Source: Candidatus Nomurabacteria bacterium | Lineage (GTDB): Bacteria > Patescibacteriota > Minisyncoccia > Phycocordibacterales > UBA918 | Reading direction: 5' to 3' | Length of the DNA stretch: 64,000 nucleotides | Assembly: GCA_020632075.1 (NCBI GenBank) | Contig: JACKGH010000001.1 | Span: 259,216 to 323,215 of the forward strand | Shown: positions 21,727-31,288 of the stretch, piece by piece | Position numbering within the stretch: the first letter of the stretch is position 1 | How the letters are laid out: every line of letters starts with the position of its first letter | Program-made: the position numbers and the translations under genes | The notes under the pieces: generated by a model | Database searches by the model: none | Seen by the model: the letters and a program-made list of their open reading frames with translations, nothing else | Told to the model about the DNA's origin: nothing

Positions 21727-23682
21727 ATGACCGGGAACGATATTCGTAAAAAATACTTAGCTTTTATGGCCGAAAAGGGCCACGCTGTTGTTCCGTCGGC
21801 GGCCTTGGTGCCAGACAATGACCCAACCACGCTCTTTACCGGGAGCGGTATGCAGCCAATGGTGCCGTATTTGCTTGGTGAAACACACCCAAAGGGAGTC
21901 CGGATCGCTGACTCGCAGAAGTGTTTTCGTGCTGAAGACATTGAAGAAGTGGGAGACAATCGTCACACCACATTCTTCGAGATGCTCGGTAACTGGTCTT
22001 TTGGTGACTACTTTAAGGAAGAGCAGGTAAACTGGATGTTTGACTTCCTGGTGGATGAACTCGGACTCGACCCAAACAAGCTCTATATCACGGTCTTTGG
22101 CGGGGATGAAGCGAGCGGTGTCCCGATGGACGAAGACGCACCAGCCTACTGGCAGAAGCGTTTTACTGAGAAGGGCATCGATGCTGGTATTGCACACGTC
22201 GGTAGCGAGGAAGACGGCTATGAACGCGGTATGAAGGAGGGTGAGCGTATCTTCTACTACAACGCCAAAAAGAACTGGTGGAGTCGCGCTGGCGTACCTC
22301 AAAACATGCCCGTCGGTGAGCCTGGTGGTCCAGACTCTGAGATGTTCTACGACTTCGGTACTCCACACGATCCAAAGTGGGGCAAACACTGCCACCCAAA
22401 CTGTGATTGTGGCCGCTTCATGGAGATCGGCAACAACGTCTTCATGCAGTACGTGAAGAAGGGAGAAGGGAAGTTTGAAGAACTCAAGAACCGCAACATC
22501 GACTTCGGCGGCGGTCTTGAGCGTGTCGCCGCAGCGGTAAATGACGAGCCTGATGTGTTTAAGGTCGATCTCCTTTGGACCGTGGTTGAGCACATTGAAG
22601 AGCTCACCGGAAAGAAATACCAAGACAACAAAGAAGCCTTCAGGGTTATTACCGACCATATTCGCGGCGCGGTCTTTATGATCGGCGACGGCATTTTGCC
22701 TGGCAACAGTGAGCAGGGCTACTTTGTGCGCCGCTTGCTTCGTCGTGCAGTACGCTACGCAGACATCCTTGAGATTCCGGCTGGGAAGTTCCCAAACCTC
22801 GCTGAAAGTGTGATCGGAAAATACGAAGAGCACTACACCAATCTCGCCGAAAAGCGCGAAGCGATCAAAGACGCTATCGCCACAGAAGAAGCACAGTTCC
22901 GCAAGACACTTGAGAATGGACTCAAGCAGTTCAATAAGATCGAGCTGCAGATCCATATCACAAAGGAAGAACTCGACAAAGCAAAGGAGACGGGCGAGAA
23001 GATTGTCGGTACAAAGGAGAACACCAAAAAGGCGATCTCAGCTAAAAATGCCTTTGATCTCTTTACGACGTTTGGTTTCCCGATCGAGCTGACCGAAGAA
23101 ATTGCTGCAGAAAAAGGACTTGTCGTAGATCGCGCTGGCTTTGAGAAGCTGATGGAAGAACATCGTGAAAAGTCACGGGCTGGTTCGGAGCAGAAGTTTA
23201 AGGGTGGACTGGCAGATCAAGGTGAAAAAACCGTGCAGTACCACACCACGACCCACCTCATGCTGGCGGCACTGCGCAACATCCTTGGCGATCATGTGCA
23301 TCAAGCCGGCAGCAACATCACCGGCGAACGTCTCCGCTACGACTTCACACACCCTGAGAAAGTAGAGAAGGAAACACTTGAGAAAGTAGAAGGGTGGGTG
23401 AATCATGCGATCCAAACTGGTGGTAAGGTCACAATTGAAACAATGAAACGTGACGACGCTGAAAAAGATCCTTCAATTGAAGGTAGTTTCTGGGACCGCT
23501 ATCCTGATGAAGTAAAGGTGTATGTCGTGACCGGAAATGACGGTACCGTATTCTCGAAAGAACTTTGCGGCGGACCCCACGTACAGGAGCTCGCTGACAT
23601 CAAAGGCACTTTCAAGATCCAGAAGGAAGAATCCTCCTCTGCTGGGGTCCGCCGCATCAAGGCGGTGTTGGTAGATGAGTAG
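21727..23682 (+). CDS. alaS: alanyl-tRNA synthetase, short form lacking the C-terminal C-Ala domain
   Basis: class II core, editing HTTTHLMLAAL...H motif; 651 aa. Confidence 0.9.
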   Translation: MTGNDIRKKYLAFMAEKGHAVVPSAALVPDNDPTTLFTGSGMQPMVPYLLGETHPKGVRIADSQKCFRAEDIEEVGDNRHTTFFEMLGNWSFGDYFKEEQVNWMFDFLVDELGLDPNKLYITVFGGDEASGVPMDEDAPAYWQKRFTEKGIDAGIAHVGSEEDGYERGMKEGERIFYYNAKKNWWSRAGVPQNMPVGEPGGPDSEMFYDFGTPHDPKWGKHCHPNCDCGRFMEIGNNVFMQYVKKGEGKFEELKNRNIDFGGGLERVAAAVNDEPDVFKVDLLWTVVEHIEELTGKKYQDNKEAFRVITDHIRGAVFMIGDGILPGNSEQGYFVRRLLRRAVRYADILEIPAGKFPNLAESVIGKYEEHYTNLAEKREAIKDAIATEEAQFRKTLENGLKQFNKIELQIHITKEELDKAKETGEKIVGTKENTKKAISAKNAFDLFTTFGFPIELTEEIAAEKGLVVDRAGFEKLMEEHREKSRAGSEQKFKGGLADQGEKTVQYHTTTHLMLAALRNILGDHVHQAGSNITGERLRYDFTHPEKVEKETLEKVEGWVNHAIQTGGKVTIETMKRDDAEKDPSIEGSFWDRYPDEVKVYVVTGNDGTVFSKELCGGPHVQELADIKGTFKIQKEESSSAGVRRIKAVLVDE

Positions 23683-23759
23683 TAGTTCAGATTATTGATG
23701 CGAAAAAACATTCGTGCTATGACAGTCAATGGAACAGAACATTTACCAGGAGAAATTCA

Positions 23760-24038
23760 GTGGATGCGAGCAACAAAGAAGGTATCGAAAAAGTTATTTT
23801 GAAGGATGTACCTGAGGGAAGTATCGTGTGTACTGGAACAAGCTTCTATAAGCGAGGAGGTAAGTACCTAGGTGGCATTGCACTATATCCGGTCGTACAA
23901 ATTGGTAACGAGTGGTGTCACCTGAATGAGCCTGGACGTTGTACTTTGAATCAAGAATCACCAGTAGAAGTCATCACGGATCCAATTGAAATTGTCAGGC
24001 ACGTCTATCGACGAGGAGGCCGGATTTGCGATTCATGA
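23760..24038 (+). CDS. hypothetical small protein
   Basis: AGGAG RBS; followed by two tandem terminators. Confidence 0.5.
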   Translation: MDASNKEGIEKVILKDVPEGSIVCTGTSFYKRGGKYLGGIALYPVVQIGNEWCHLNEPGRCTLNQESPVEVITDPIEIVRHVYRRGGRICDS

Positions 24039-24048
24039 GCCACAGACT

Positions 24049-24080
24049 TGAACCCTGTCATATCAGGGTTCATTTTTTGT
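24049..24080 (+). terminator. rho-independent terminator 1
   Basis: tgaaccctg-tcatat-cagggttca then TTTTTT. Confidence 0.8.
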
Positions 24081-24092
24081 TAATCCACTTAT

Positions 24093-24125
24093 CTGGCGGG
24101 CGGGCTTCGCCCGCCCGCCAGTTTT
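24093..24125 (+). terminator. rho-independent terminator 2 (tandem)
   Basis: ctggcgggcgggc-ttcg-cccgcccgccag then TTTT. Confidence 0.8.
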
Positions 24126-24142
24126 ATTGCTATACTTAGGTT

Positions 24143-25375
24143 ATGTCATTTTTTGGGCTTGGGAAACCAAGTGATCGTTACGGCGTTATCATAGACGTTG
24201 GTTCTGGTAGTGTGCTGACAGCAATCGTGCACTCTAGTCCAAAACAAAAACACCCACAGATCGTTTGGTCGCAACGTGAACACGCACCACTGCGCAATGT
24301 CGACTCTCTCGAACAGAGTGCCAAGGCGGTCATGACCGCACTCGTAAACTCAAGCATGCTCCTTGATACTGAAGGTCGTACTGCGCTGCGAGAGTACAAT
24401 CCCGACGCAAAACTCACCGAGCTCCAATGCAGCATCTCTGCACCGTGGTCATACACCGTCACAAAAACCATCAACTACAAGCAAGAAAAACCGTTTACGA
24501 TCACTGAGGAGCTTATCGAAGAACTCACTCATTCACTCCAACAAAAGATCGATAATGAGATCCGAGAAAATGAGGCAATGCAAAACCTAGGTCTGCAAGT
24601 GATCACCAGGGCCACCATGGACAGCCTTTCAAACGGCTACCGAGTAGAGGATCCGATCGGGGAAGAAGCCAAGGAGTTCTCGATCTCTCAGGGTAGTGTG
24701 GTTGCGCAAAACTACCTTATCGATGCGCTTGATGAAATGCGCGATAAACTTTTCCCAACAACAACTGGGAAAAAGCTCTCTTTCATTCTCATGCTGTTCA
24801 GTGTTACTCGCGAGCTACTACCGAAAACATACGATATCTGCCTTGTCGACGTAACCTACGAGGCGACCGAGATCGGAGTAGTTCGTGATGGCACACTGTC
24901 GTACTGCACCCACACACCATTTGGCTCATTTTCACTAGCCCGCGAGATCTCAGCGATCACAAATGTGCCACTACACGAAGCATTTGGCTACCTCCACACT
25001 GACAAGCCTCTGGCGTTTATGGAAGCATTATCTGCGGAGCAGAGGAAAGGTGTGGACGCAGCGATTGAAGCTTACATTGAAAAACTCAGCGCACTCTTTA
25101 GAGAAACGGGTGACGCACTCTCCATTCCGAAGAAGATCTCACTACATGCCGATCTGAAAAGCGAGCCGCTTTTTACTGGCTTGATCATGAAGGCAGCGAA
25201 AAGAAACCTTAAATCTGAACCAATAATTACCCCGATCTCGGGCAAAATCATTGAAATGACCTACGCTGAATCAACCAAGAAGACCACTCAGGTAGTTACC
25301 GGAGACACCGCACTCCTTCTCTCGGCCCAGTTTTTCCACAAACGCAAGCCGCGTGAGACTTTCGAGTACTTCTAA
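24143..25375 (+). CDS. actin-fold ATPase (FtsA/PilM-like)
   Basis: phosphate-1 IIDVGSGSV and phosphate-2 VDVTYEATEIGVV motifs; about 410 aa. Confidence 0.55.
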   Translation: MSFFGLGKPSDRYGVIIDVGSGSVLTAIVHSSPKQKHPQIVWSQREHAPLRNVDSLEQSAKAVMTALVNSSMLLDTEGRTALREYNPDAKLTELQCSISAPWSYTVTKTINYKQEKPFTITEELIEELTHSLQQKIDNEIRENEAMQNLGLQVITRATMDSLSNGYRVEDPIGEEAKEFSISQGSVVAQNYLIDALDEMRDKLFPTTTGKKLSFILMLFSVTRELLPKTYDICLVDVTYEATEIGVVRDGTLSYCTHTPFGSFSLAREISAITNVPLHEAFGYLHTDKPLAFMEALSAEQRKGVDAAIEAYIEKLSALFRETGDALSIPKKISLHADLKSEPLFTGLIMKAAKRNLKSEPIITPISGKIIEMTYAESTKKTTQVVTGDTALLLSAQFFHKRKPRETFEYF

Positions 25376-25398
25376 GCGCTATACTGTACAATATACGT

Positions 25399-26736
25399 AT
25401 GACACAAAAATGGAACCTACAGGACATTCGTCCAGCAGAACCACGGAAGCGTCGACCCGCACCACGGCCGATGAACCAAGAAGAACGACCAAAAGCGCCA
25501 CCGATGGAAAAGCGCGAGAATATTCCTGAAATTGTTATTGAAGACGGACGAAAGAATTCGTCAAAGCGACTTTGGATATCTATTCTTATCTTTGCAGTGA
25601 TCGTTGGAGGTGCTGTCGCCCTCAGTGCCATGATGGCCAAGACCGAGATAACCGTCTACCCAGAACACCGCGAACCAAACGTCAGTGCAGAATTCACTGC
25701 CTATCCTGACAAGCGAGACAACGCACTGAGTTATGAGATCTTGACCCTAGAATCAACCAGCGAAAGCCAAGTGAAAGCAACCGGTCAAGTACAGGTTGAA
25801 GAGCAAGCCACCGGCATGATCGAGATCAAAAAGACAACTCCTGGCGCCGAGCGACTCATCAAAAATACTCGTTTCCGCACCCCCGACGGCTTGGTCTACC
25901 GTATCCAAGAATCAGTAGTGGTTCCAGGTTCAGTCACTAGCGAAACCGGTGCAAATATGCCAGGCACCATCCAAGCGGAAGTATTTGCTGACGACGTTGG
26001 CGAAGAATACAACGTTCCAGCTGGCACAACCTTTGATATTCCAGGCTTTGAAGAAAATGGTCTTATGGATCTCTACAACACCATTTCAGCCACTGCAGCT
26101 ACAGATCTCTCCGGCGGCTTCAGCGGACCGCAGTTTCAGATAGATGAAGGCGAGCTACAAACTGCACGACAAAAACTCCAAGTAGACCTTCGCAACACAC
26201 TCTTAGCACGAATCGAAAATGAACGCCCAGCAGATTTCATCGCGTTTCCAGGGGCAGTTGCTGTTACGTACAATCAACTTCCGGCTGTTGAGTACGGCAA
26301 TGAACTCGTCACTATTCGAGAGCAAGCCATCCTTCAGATCCCGCTGTTCCAAGCGACGGAGTTCGGTTCATTTCTTGCTAAAGAAACAATCCCAACCTAC
26401 GAAGGAGATCCGGTCCGTGTTGAAGACCCATCTGTACTAACATTCATGTATACCTCAGCAACCACAAGCTCGAGCGTCATCGCGAATGAGCCTTCGCTCA
26501 CTTTTAAACTCACTGGTAAGCCGCTCCTCATCTGGGAATACGACCCTGAAATGATGGCCGAAAACCTGGCTGGATTGCCAAAGACAGCAATTCACAATGC
26601 AACCCGTGATTATCCTGGAATTATTGGAGCACGCGTACACATGACCCCATTCTGGAAGCGCGCTTTCCCAGAAGACCCGACTGAAATAATCGTGATCGAA
26701 GAATTGAAGGATCCAGCTGAGCTCACAACTGAATAA
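25399..26736 (+). CDS. bitopic membrane protein with large extracytoplasmic domain
   Basis: P/R/K-rich N-terminus, single TM, about 370 aa ectodomain; TACAAT 6 nt before ATG. Confidence 0.55.
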   Translation: MTQKWNLQDIRPAEPRKRRPAPRPMNQEERPKAPPMEKRENIPEIVIEDGRKNSSKRLWISILIFAVIVGGAVALSAMMAKTEITVYPEHREPNVSAEFTAYPDKRDNALSYEILTLESTSESQVKATGQVQVEEQATGMIEIKKTTPGAERLIKNTRFRTPDGLVYRIQESVVVPGSVTSETGANMPGTIQAEVFADDVGEEYNVPAGTTFDIPGFEENGLMDLYNTISATAATDLSGGFSGPQFQIDEGELQTARQKLQVDLRNTLLARIENERPADFIAFPGAVAVTYNQLPAVEYGNELVTIREQAILQIPLFQATEFGSFLAKETIPTYEGDPVRVEDPSVLTFMYTSATTSSSVIANEPSLTFKLTGKPLLIWEYDPEMMAENLAGLPKTAIHNATRDYPGIIGARVHMTPFWKRAFPEDPTEIIVIEELKDPAELTTE

Positions 26737-26761
26737 TGCTTGAAATATAGGAAAGAAACTG

Positions 26762-26790
26762 TTGACGACACGTAGTAATTTTGGTAGACT
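26762..26790 (+). promoter_or_regulatory. sigma70-like promoter TTGACG-N17-TAGACT, near-leaderless infA
   Basis: sequence match; ATG 12 nt after -10. Confidence 0.5.
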
Positions 26791-26802
26791 CACCCTCGTT
26801 TA

Positions 26803-27030
26803 ATGGATCAAGAGACATCAACGGTTAAGGACGATTTGGTATACGGTATTGTCGATGAGGCACTGCCGAATGCCCTTTTTCGTGTCACCGTAGAAGGGGA
26901 AGAAGAGCCCGTTCTCGCATATCTCTCTGGGAAAATGCGACGATTCCGGATTCGCGTACTCGTTGGCGACAAAGTCGGGATGGTAACCGATCCATACGGA
27001 GGTAAAGCACGCATTACGAAGCGCCTCTAA
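26803..27030 (+). CDS. infA: translation initiation factor IF-1
   Basis: S1-like fold, [11 protein letters not shown]...SGKMRRF...GDKV. Confidence 0.85.
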   Translation: MDQETSTVKDDLVYGIVDEALPNALFRVTVEGEEEPVLAYLSGKMRRFRIRVLVGDKVGMVTDPYGGKARITKRL

Positions 27031-27051
27031 AACAAAAAAATATTATTAAGT

Positions 27052-27168
27052 ATGAAAGTACGTTCATCAGTTAAAAAAATGAGCCCGGATGACAAGATCG
27101 TGAAGCGACGAGGCGTCGTGTATGTCATCAACAAACGGAAACCACGACATAAGCAACGACAAGGCTAA
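27052..27168 (+). CDS. rpmJ: ribosomal protein L36, zinc-free variant (not in ORF track)
   Basis: my translation: [38 protein letters not shown]; canonical Cys ligands replaced. Confidence 0.8.
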   Translation: MKVRSSVKKMSPDDKIVKRRGVVYVINKRKPRHKQRQG

Positions 27169-27171
27169 TCT

Positions 27172-27549
27172 ATGAGAATTTCAGGTATCACTATCCCTGA
27201 CGAGAAGCATCTGTCATACGCCCTTACAGCGGTGTATGGTATCGGCCTTTCTCGTGCTAAGGATATTCTCGACGAACTTTCGATCGAGCACACCAAGAAG
27301 CCAACTGAACTTACGACTGACGAAGAAAACGCCATTCGTGAAAAAGTTGAAGGCTTCCAAATCGAGGGGGAACTGAAGCGTCAAGTTTCAGCCAACATCA
27401 AGCGTCTGAAGGACATCGGTTCATACCGAGGTTCACGTCATGCCAAGCGCCTTCCAGCGCGTGGACAGCGCACCAAGACCAACGCTCGCACACTTAAGGG
27501 TGTGAAGAAGACTATGGGTAGCGGTCGCCGTAAGCTCGAAAAGACCTAA
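27172..27549 (+). CDS. rpsM: ribosomal protein S13
   Basis: conserved S13 sequence. Confidence 0.9.
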   Translation: MRISGITIPDEKHLSYALTAVYGIGLSRAKDILDELSIEHTKKPTELTTDEENAIREKVEGFQIEGELKRQVSANIKRLKDIGSYRGSRHAKRLPARGQRTKTNARTLKGVKKTMGSGRRKLEKT

Positions 27550-27580
27550 AATTATCAGCTAGTTTCATTGTATTTGATAT

Positions 27581-28012
27581 ATGGGAAAGAAACGAATCAT
27601 GAAGAAGAGCGGCGGCTCAGATGTAGCTGGTACTTCACGAGCACTCAATCGCATTCCAAAGCGAAAACTCGCTGTTGGAAAGCTCAATATTCTCGCCACC
27701 TTCAACAACACACTCGTGACACTTTGCGATGCAAAGGGAAACGCAGTGATGTCAGCATCAAGTGGTGCTCTTGGCTTCAAGGGCTCACGCAAAAGTACTC
27801 CTTTCGCAGCTGCGAAAGTGGGTGAAATTATTGGTGAAAAGGCTCAACAGATGGGTATGAAGGAGGCTGATGTGGTCATCCGTGGCGTTGGCGCTGGTCG
27901 CGAATCTGCACTCCGTGCATTCGCCGGCAAAGGCATCAGCGTGACCAAGATCACTGACCAGACTCCAGTTCCATTTAACGGCCCACGTGCTCCTAAGGCG
28001 CGTCGCGTATAG
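27581..28012 (+). CDS. rpsK: ribosomal protein S11
   Basis: conserved S11 sequence. Confidence 0.9.
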   Translation: MGKKRIMKKSGGSDVAGTSRALNRIPKRKLAVGKLNILATFNNTLVTLCDAKGNAVMSASSGALGFKGSRKSTPFAAAKVGEIIGEKAQQMGMKEADVVIRGVGAGRESALRAFAGKGISVTKITDQTPVPFNGPRAPKARRV

Positions 28013-28022
28013 TAATTTGCCT

Positions 28023-28634
28023 ATGAAAATTGGACCAAAATTCAAAATCGCCAAGCGCCTCGGGGCTCCTATCTTTGAAAAGACCCAGTCTGCAAAGTTC
28101 GAACTCTCACTCGCTCGTGGCACAAACGCTCGCCGTGGACGTCGCCCAGGGCAGATGTCTGACTACAAGCGTCAGCTCATCGAAAAGCAGAAGATGCGCT
28201 TTACCTACGGCATCTCTGAAAAGCAGCTTCGTCGCTACGTTGACGAAGCAGTTGAGAAGAGTCACCAGCCAGTGGCACTTCTTATGGATCGTCTAGAATC
28301 ACGTCTTGATAACGTGATCTACCGCATGGGTCTTGCTAAGACTCGCCGTCTCGCTCGCCAGATCGTGTCACATGGACACATCTGTGTGAACGGCAAGAAG
28401 ATGACCATTCCTTCACACCGAGTTAAGGTTGGCGATGTCGTGTCTATCCGTGAGGGTAGCCGTCAGACCGGACTCTTTGTGAACCTAAGCGAAACCCACG
28501 AAGCAGCGGGTGTGCCAGCTTGGGTCACGTTCGACGTAAAGAAAATGGAAGGCACCATGAAGTCTGCAGCAGTTTACAATCCAGCCGAGAGTCTGTTCGA
28601 CCCTGAGCAAGTAATGGAATACTACAGTCGATAA
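28023..28634 (+). CDS. rpsD: ribosomal protein S4
   Basis: MKIGPKFKIAKRLG start, S4 domain. Confidence 0.9.
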   Translation: MKIGPKFKIAKRLGAPIFEKTQSAKFELSLARGTNARRGRRPGQMSDYKRQLIEKQKMRFTYGISEKQLRRYVDEAVEKSHQPVALLMDRLESRLDNVIYRMGLAKTRRLARQIVSHGHICVNGKKMTIPSHRVKVGDVVSIREGSRQTGLFVNLSETHEAAGVPAWVTFDVKKMEGTMKSAAVYNPAESLFDPEQVMEYYSR

Positions 28635-28672
28635 GGATTGAGAGGATTACAAAAATAATTTCATTCAAGATT

Positions 28673-29632
28673 ATGTTGGAAACAAATGTAACACTCCCAT
28701 CAAAGCCACGTGTGGTATCTGAAGAAGATAACCGCGGTATCTTTGAGATCGACGGCCTCTATCCAGGGTATGGCCACACACTCGGTAATTCACTACGACG
28801 CATCATCCTTTCGTCACTGCCAGGAGCAGCGATCACACAGGTGAAGATCGATGGTGTTGAACACGAATTCTCTACACTCAGCGGAGTGAAGGAGGACGTG
28901 ATCACTATCCTCCTCAACCTACGCCGTGTTCGTCTCAACCTGCACAGCGATGAGCCAATGACCATTGCACTCAAGAAGAAGGGAACTGGTGTCGTGACCG
29001 CTGCTGATATTGAGTGTCCTTCACAAGTTGAAGTCCTTAATGGAGACCAGCAGATCGCTGAGATCACTAACAAGAGCACTGAGCTCGTTATTGAAATGAC
29101 AGTGGAGCGTGGCCTCGGTTACGTGCCACGCGAGGTGCATCAGAAGGACAAAGTAGAGATCGGCACTATTGCAATGGACGCAGTCTTTACTCCGATCCGA
29201 CGCGCTAACTACGAAGTAGAAAACATGCGTGTTGGTGACCGAACGGACTACAACCGCTTGCGCGTCATCATTGAGACAGACGGAACATACTCAGCCCGTG
29301 AGGCGCTGGAGAAGTCTATCGAGATCATGATCCACCAGCTTAAGTCGATCATTGGCTTCCAAGAAGAAGTCACGACCGCTGCAGCACCGGTGGTTGAAAA
29401 AGAAGCTGAAGCTTCAGAAGCTCCAGATCAGGAAGTTCTGAAGACTCGCATTGAAACACTTGACCTTACCAGCCGCACACTACAGGCTCTCGAAGAAGCG
29501 TCTATCCGCACTATCGGAGGCCTCGTGCGTAAGAAGACAAATGACATCCTTGCTCTAGACGGCATCGGACCAAAGGGACTTGATGAAATTCAAGAGCTCC
29601 TTGGGAAGATGGGTCTGAAGCTTGAAGAATAA
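28673..29632 (+). CDS. rpoA: RNA polymerase alpha subunit
   Basis: conserved NTD and CTD. Confidence 0.9.
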   Translation: MLETNVTLPSKPRVVSEEDNRGIFEIDGLYPGYGHTLGNSLRRIILSSLPGAAITQVKIDGVEHEFSTLSGVKEDVITILLNLRRVRLNLHSDEPMTIALKKKGTGVVTAADIECPSQVEVLNGDQQIAEITNKSTELVIEMTVERGLGYVPREVHQKDKVEIGTIAMDAVFTPIRRANYEVENMRVGDRTDYNRLRVIIETDGTYSAREALEKSIEIMIHQLKSIIGFQEEVTTAAAPVVEKEAEASEAPDQEVLKTRIETLDLTSRTLQALEEASIRTIGGLVRKKTNDILALDGIGPKGLDEIQELLGKMGLKLEE

Positions 29633-29637
29633 CGCCT

Positions 29638-29994
29638 ATGCGACACGCTAATAACACCCGCACGCTCAGCCGAACCCGCAGTCAGCGCACCGCGCTCGTC
29701 CGCGGCTTGGCGGTGTCTCTCATTCGTGACGGTCAGATCAAGACAACCCTTGCGAAAGCGAAAGAGCTCCAGCCAAACATTGAGCGTCTCATTACAAACG
29801 CTAAGAAAGACAGCGTTTCTGCTCGCCGCCTCGCAGCTTCAAAGCTCGGCGAACCTAGCGAGACCATTATCAAGAAGCTCTTCACTGAGATCGCGCCAAA
29901 GATGGCTGATCGAAATGGAGGCTACACCCGCGTTGTGAAACTTGGTCGAACTTCACCAGGACGCGATGAAGCGATCATTGAGTTCGTCTCATAA
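29638..29994 (+). CDS. rplQ: ribosomal protein L17
   Basis: conserved L17. Confidence 0.9.
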   Translation: MRHANNTRTLSRTRSQRTALVRGLAVSLIRDGQIKTTLAKAKELQPNIERLITNAKKDSVSARRLAASKLGEPSETIIKKLFTEIAPKMADRNGGYTRVVKLGRTSPGRDEAIIEFVS

Positions 29995-30002
29995 TTTTGC
30001 GT

Positions 30003-30368
30003 ATGACAACTACTGAAAACACCACTCGCATTCACACCATCGATGCAGCAGGAAAGCGTCTTGGAAAGATCGCGACTGAAGCCGCTACCGTGCTCATGGG
30101 CAAGGACCAAGCAACCTTCGCCAAGCACATTATTGAAGATGTGCGAGTAGAGATCCAGAATGTCAGCAAGATGGACATCCCTGAAAAGAAGAAGGGGGAG
30201 ATCTATCAGAGCTATTCTGGCTACCCAGGCGGACGCAAGACTGAAACCTTGGAACACCTCGGTGAACGTCTTGGCTACGCTGAAGTAGTACGCCGCACTG
30301 TTCGTGGCATGCTTCCAAAGAACACCCACCAGGATCGTCTTATGAAGCAACTAATCGTTTCTGAATAA
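30003..30368 (+). CDS. rplM: ribosomal protein L13
   Basis: L13 core; ORF-track start at 29997 is TTG, ATG at 30003. Confidence 0.85.
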   Translation: MTTTENTTRIHTIDAAGKRLGKIATEAATVLMGKDQATFAKHIIEDVRVEIQNVSKMDIPEKKKGEIYQSYSGYPGGRKTETLEHLGERLGYAEVVRRTVRGMLPKNTHQDRLMKQLIVSE

Positions 30369-30372
30369 TCGT

Positions 30373-30780
30373 ATGTCTGCAACTAAAACCGTGTACGTAG
30401 AAGGAATCGGACGTCGTAAGACTGCCACCGCTCGCGTACGACTTACCCCAGCTTCAAAGACTGAGATCATCGTAAACGACAAGCCAGTCGCTGAGTACTT
30501 CCAGAATCTTTCACACCAGAAGGATATCCAGTCAGTACTCGACACGAAAGACGCTGGGATCCAGGATTACACCATCACTGCAAAGGTGCTTGGTGGCGGT
30601 ATCTCAGCTCAGGCTGAAGCGATCCGACTCGGTATTGCTCGCGCCCTCGTGAAGGAAAAGGCTGACCGCCGAAGCGCCCTCAAAGCTGAAGGCTTCCTCA
30701 TGCGAGACCCGCGTTCTGTTGAACGTAAGAAGTTTGGTCTCCGCAAGGCTCGTAAGCGACCAGCTTGGAGTAAACGATAA
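30373..30780 (+). CDS. rpsI: ribosomal protein S9
   Basis: C-terminal LRKARKRPAWSKR. Confidence 0.9.
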   Translation: MSATKTVYVEGIGRRKTATARVRLTPASKTEIIVNDKPVAEYFQNLSHQKDIQSVLDTKDAGIQDYTITAKVLGGGISAQAEAIRLGIARALVKEKADRRSALKAEGFLMRDPRSVERKKFGLRKARKRPAWSKR

Positions 30781-30885
30781 AGACTTATCGTTTACTCTGG
30801 TCCTGACGCCAGTCAGGAATTCCCGATGCCGTCTAGGCAAGGGAATAGGAGGACAAAGCGATAAGCTTTCAAAAATCTTATTACA

Positions 30886-30910
30886 AAAAGCCCCTCTGGG
30901 GCTTTTTGTG
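30886..30910 (+). terminator. rho-independent terminator
   Basis: aaaagcccc-tct-ggggctttttg. Confidence 0.75.
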
Positions 30911-30951
30911 TACTCTAGCAATAGAGCCAGTTGTGTGATTTTATACATGAA

Positions 30952-31260
30952 ATGAGTAGTAAAAAGTTCACACGCACCAAAGAAGACTTCACTTGTGAAA
31001 AGTGCGGCTTTTTTGTGGAAGGGAACGGATACACCAATCACTGTCCAAAATGTCTCTGGAGTAAACATGTAGATGTAAATCCCGGCGACCGAGCCGCTTC
31101 CTGCCAAGGGCTTATGGAGCCAATACGAGTTGAAACAAAAGGAGATGTATACACCATCACGCACCGCTGTACGATCTGCAACTATGAGAAACGAAATAAA
31201 ACTACTGCTCAGGATGATTTTGACGCAATACTCAAAATTGTGACAACACCAAGAGAATAG
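30952..31260 (+). CDS. RNHCP-domain protein
   Basis: CEKCG...NHCPKC...CTICN motifs; ORF-track start at 30931 is TTG, ATG at 30952. Confidence 0.6.
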   Translation: MSSKKFTRTKEDFTCEKCGFFVEGNGYTNHCPKCLWSKHVDVNPGDRAASCQGLMEPIRVETKGDVYTITHRCTICNYEKRNKTTAQDDFDAILKIVTTPRE

Positions 31261-31288
31261 TCATCGGTTCTGATACAATATTCAGAAC

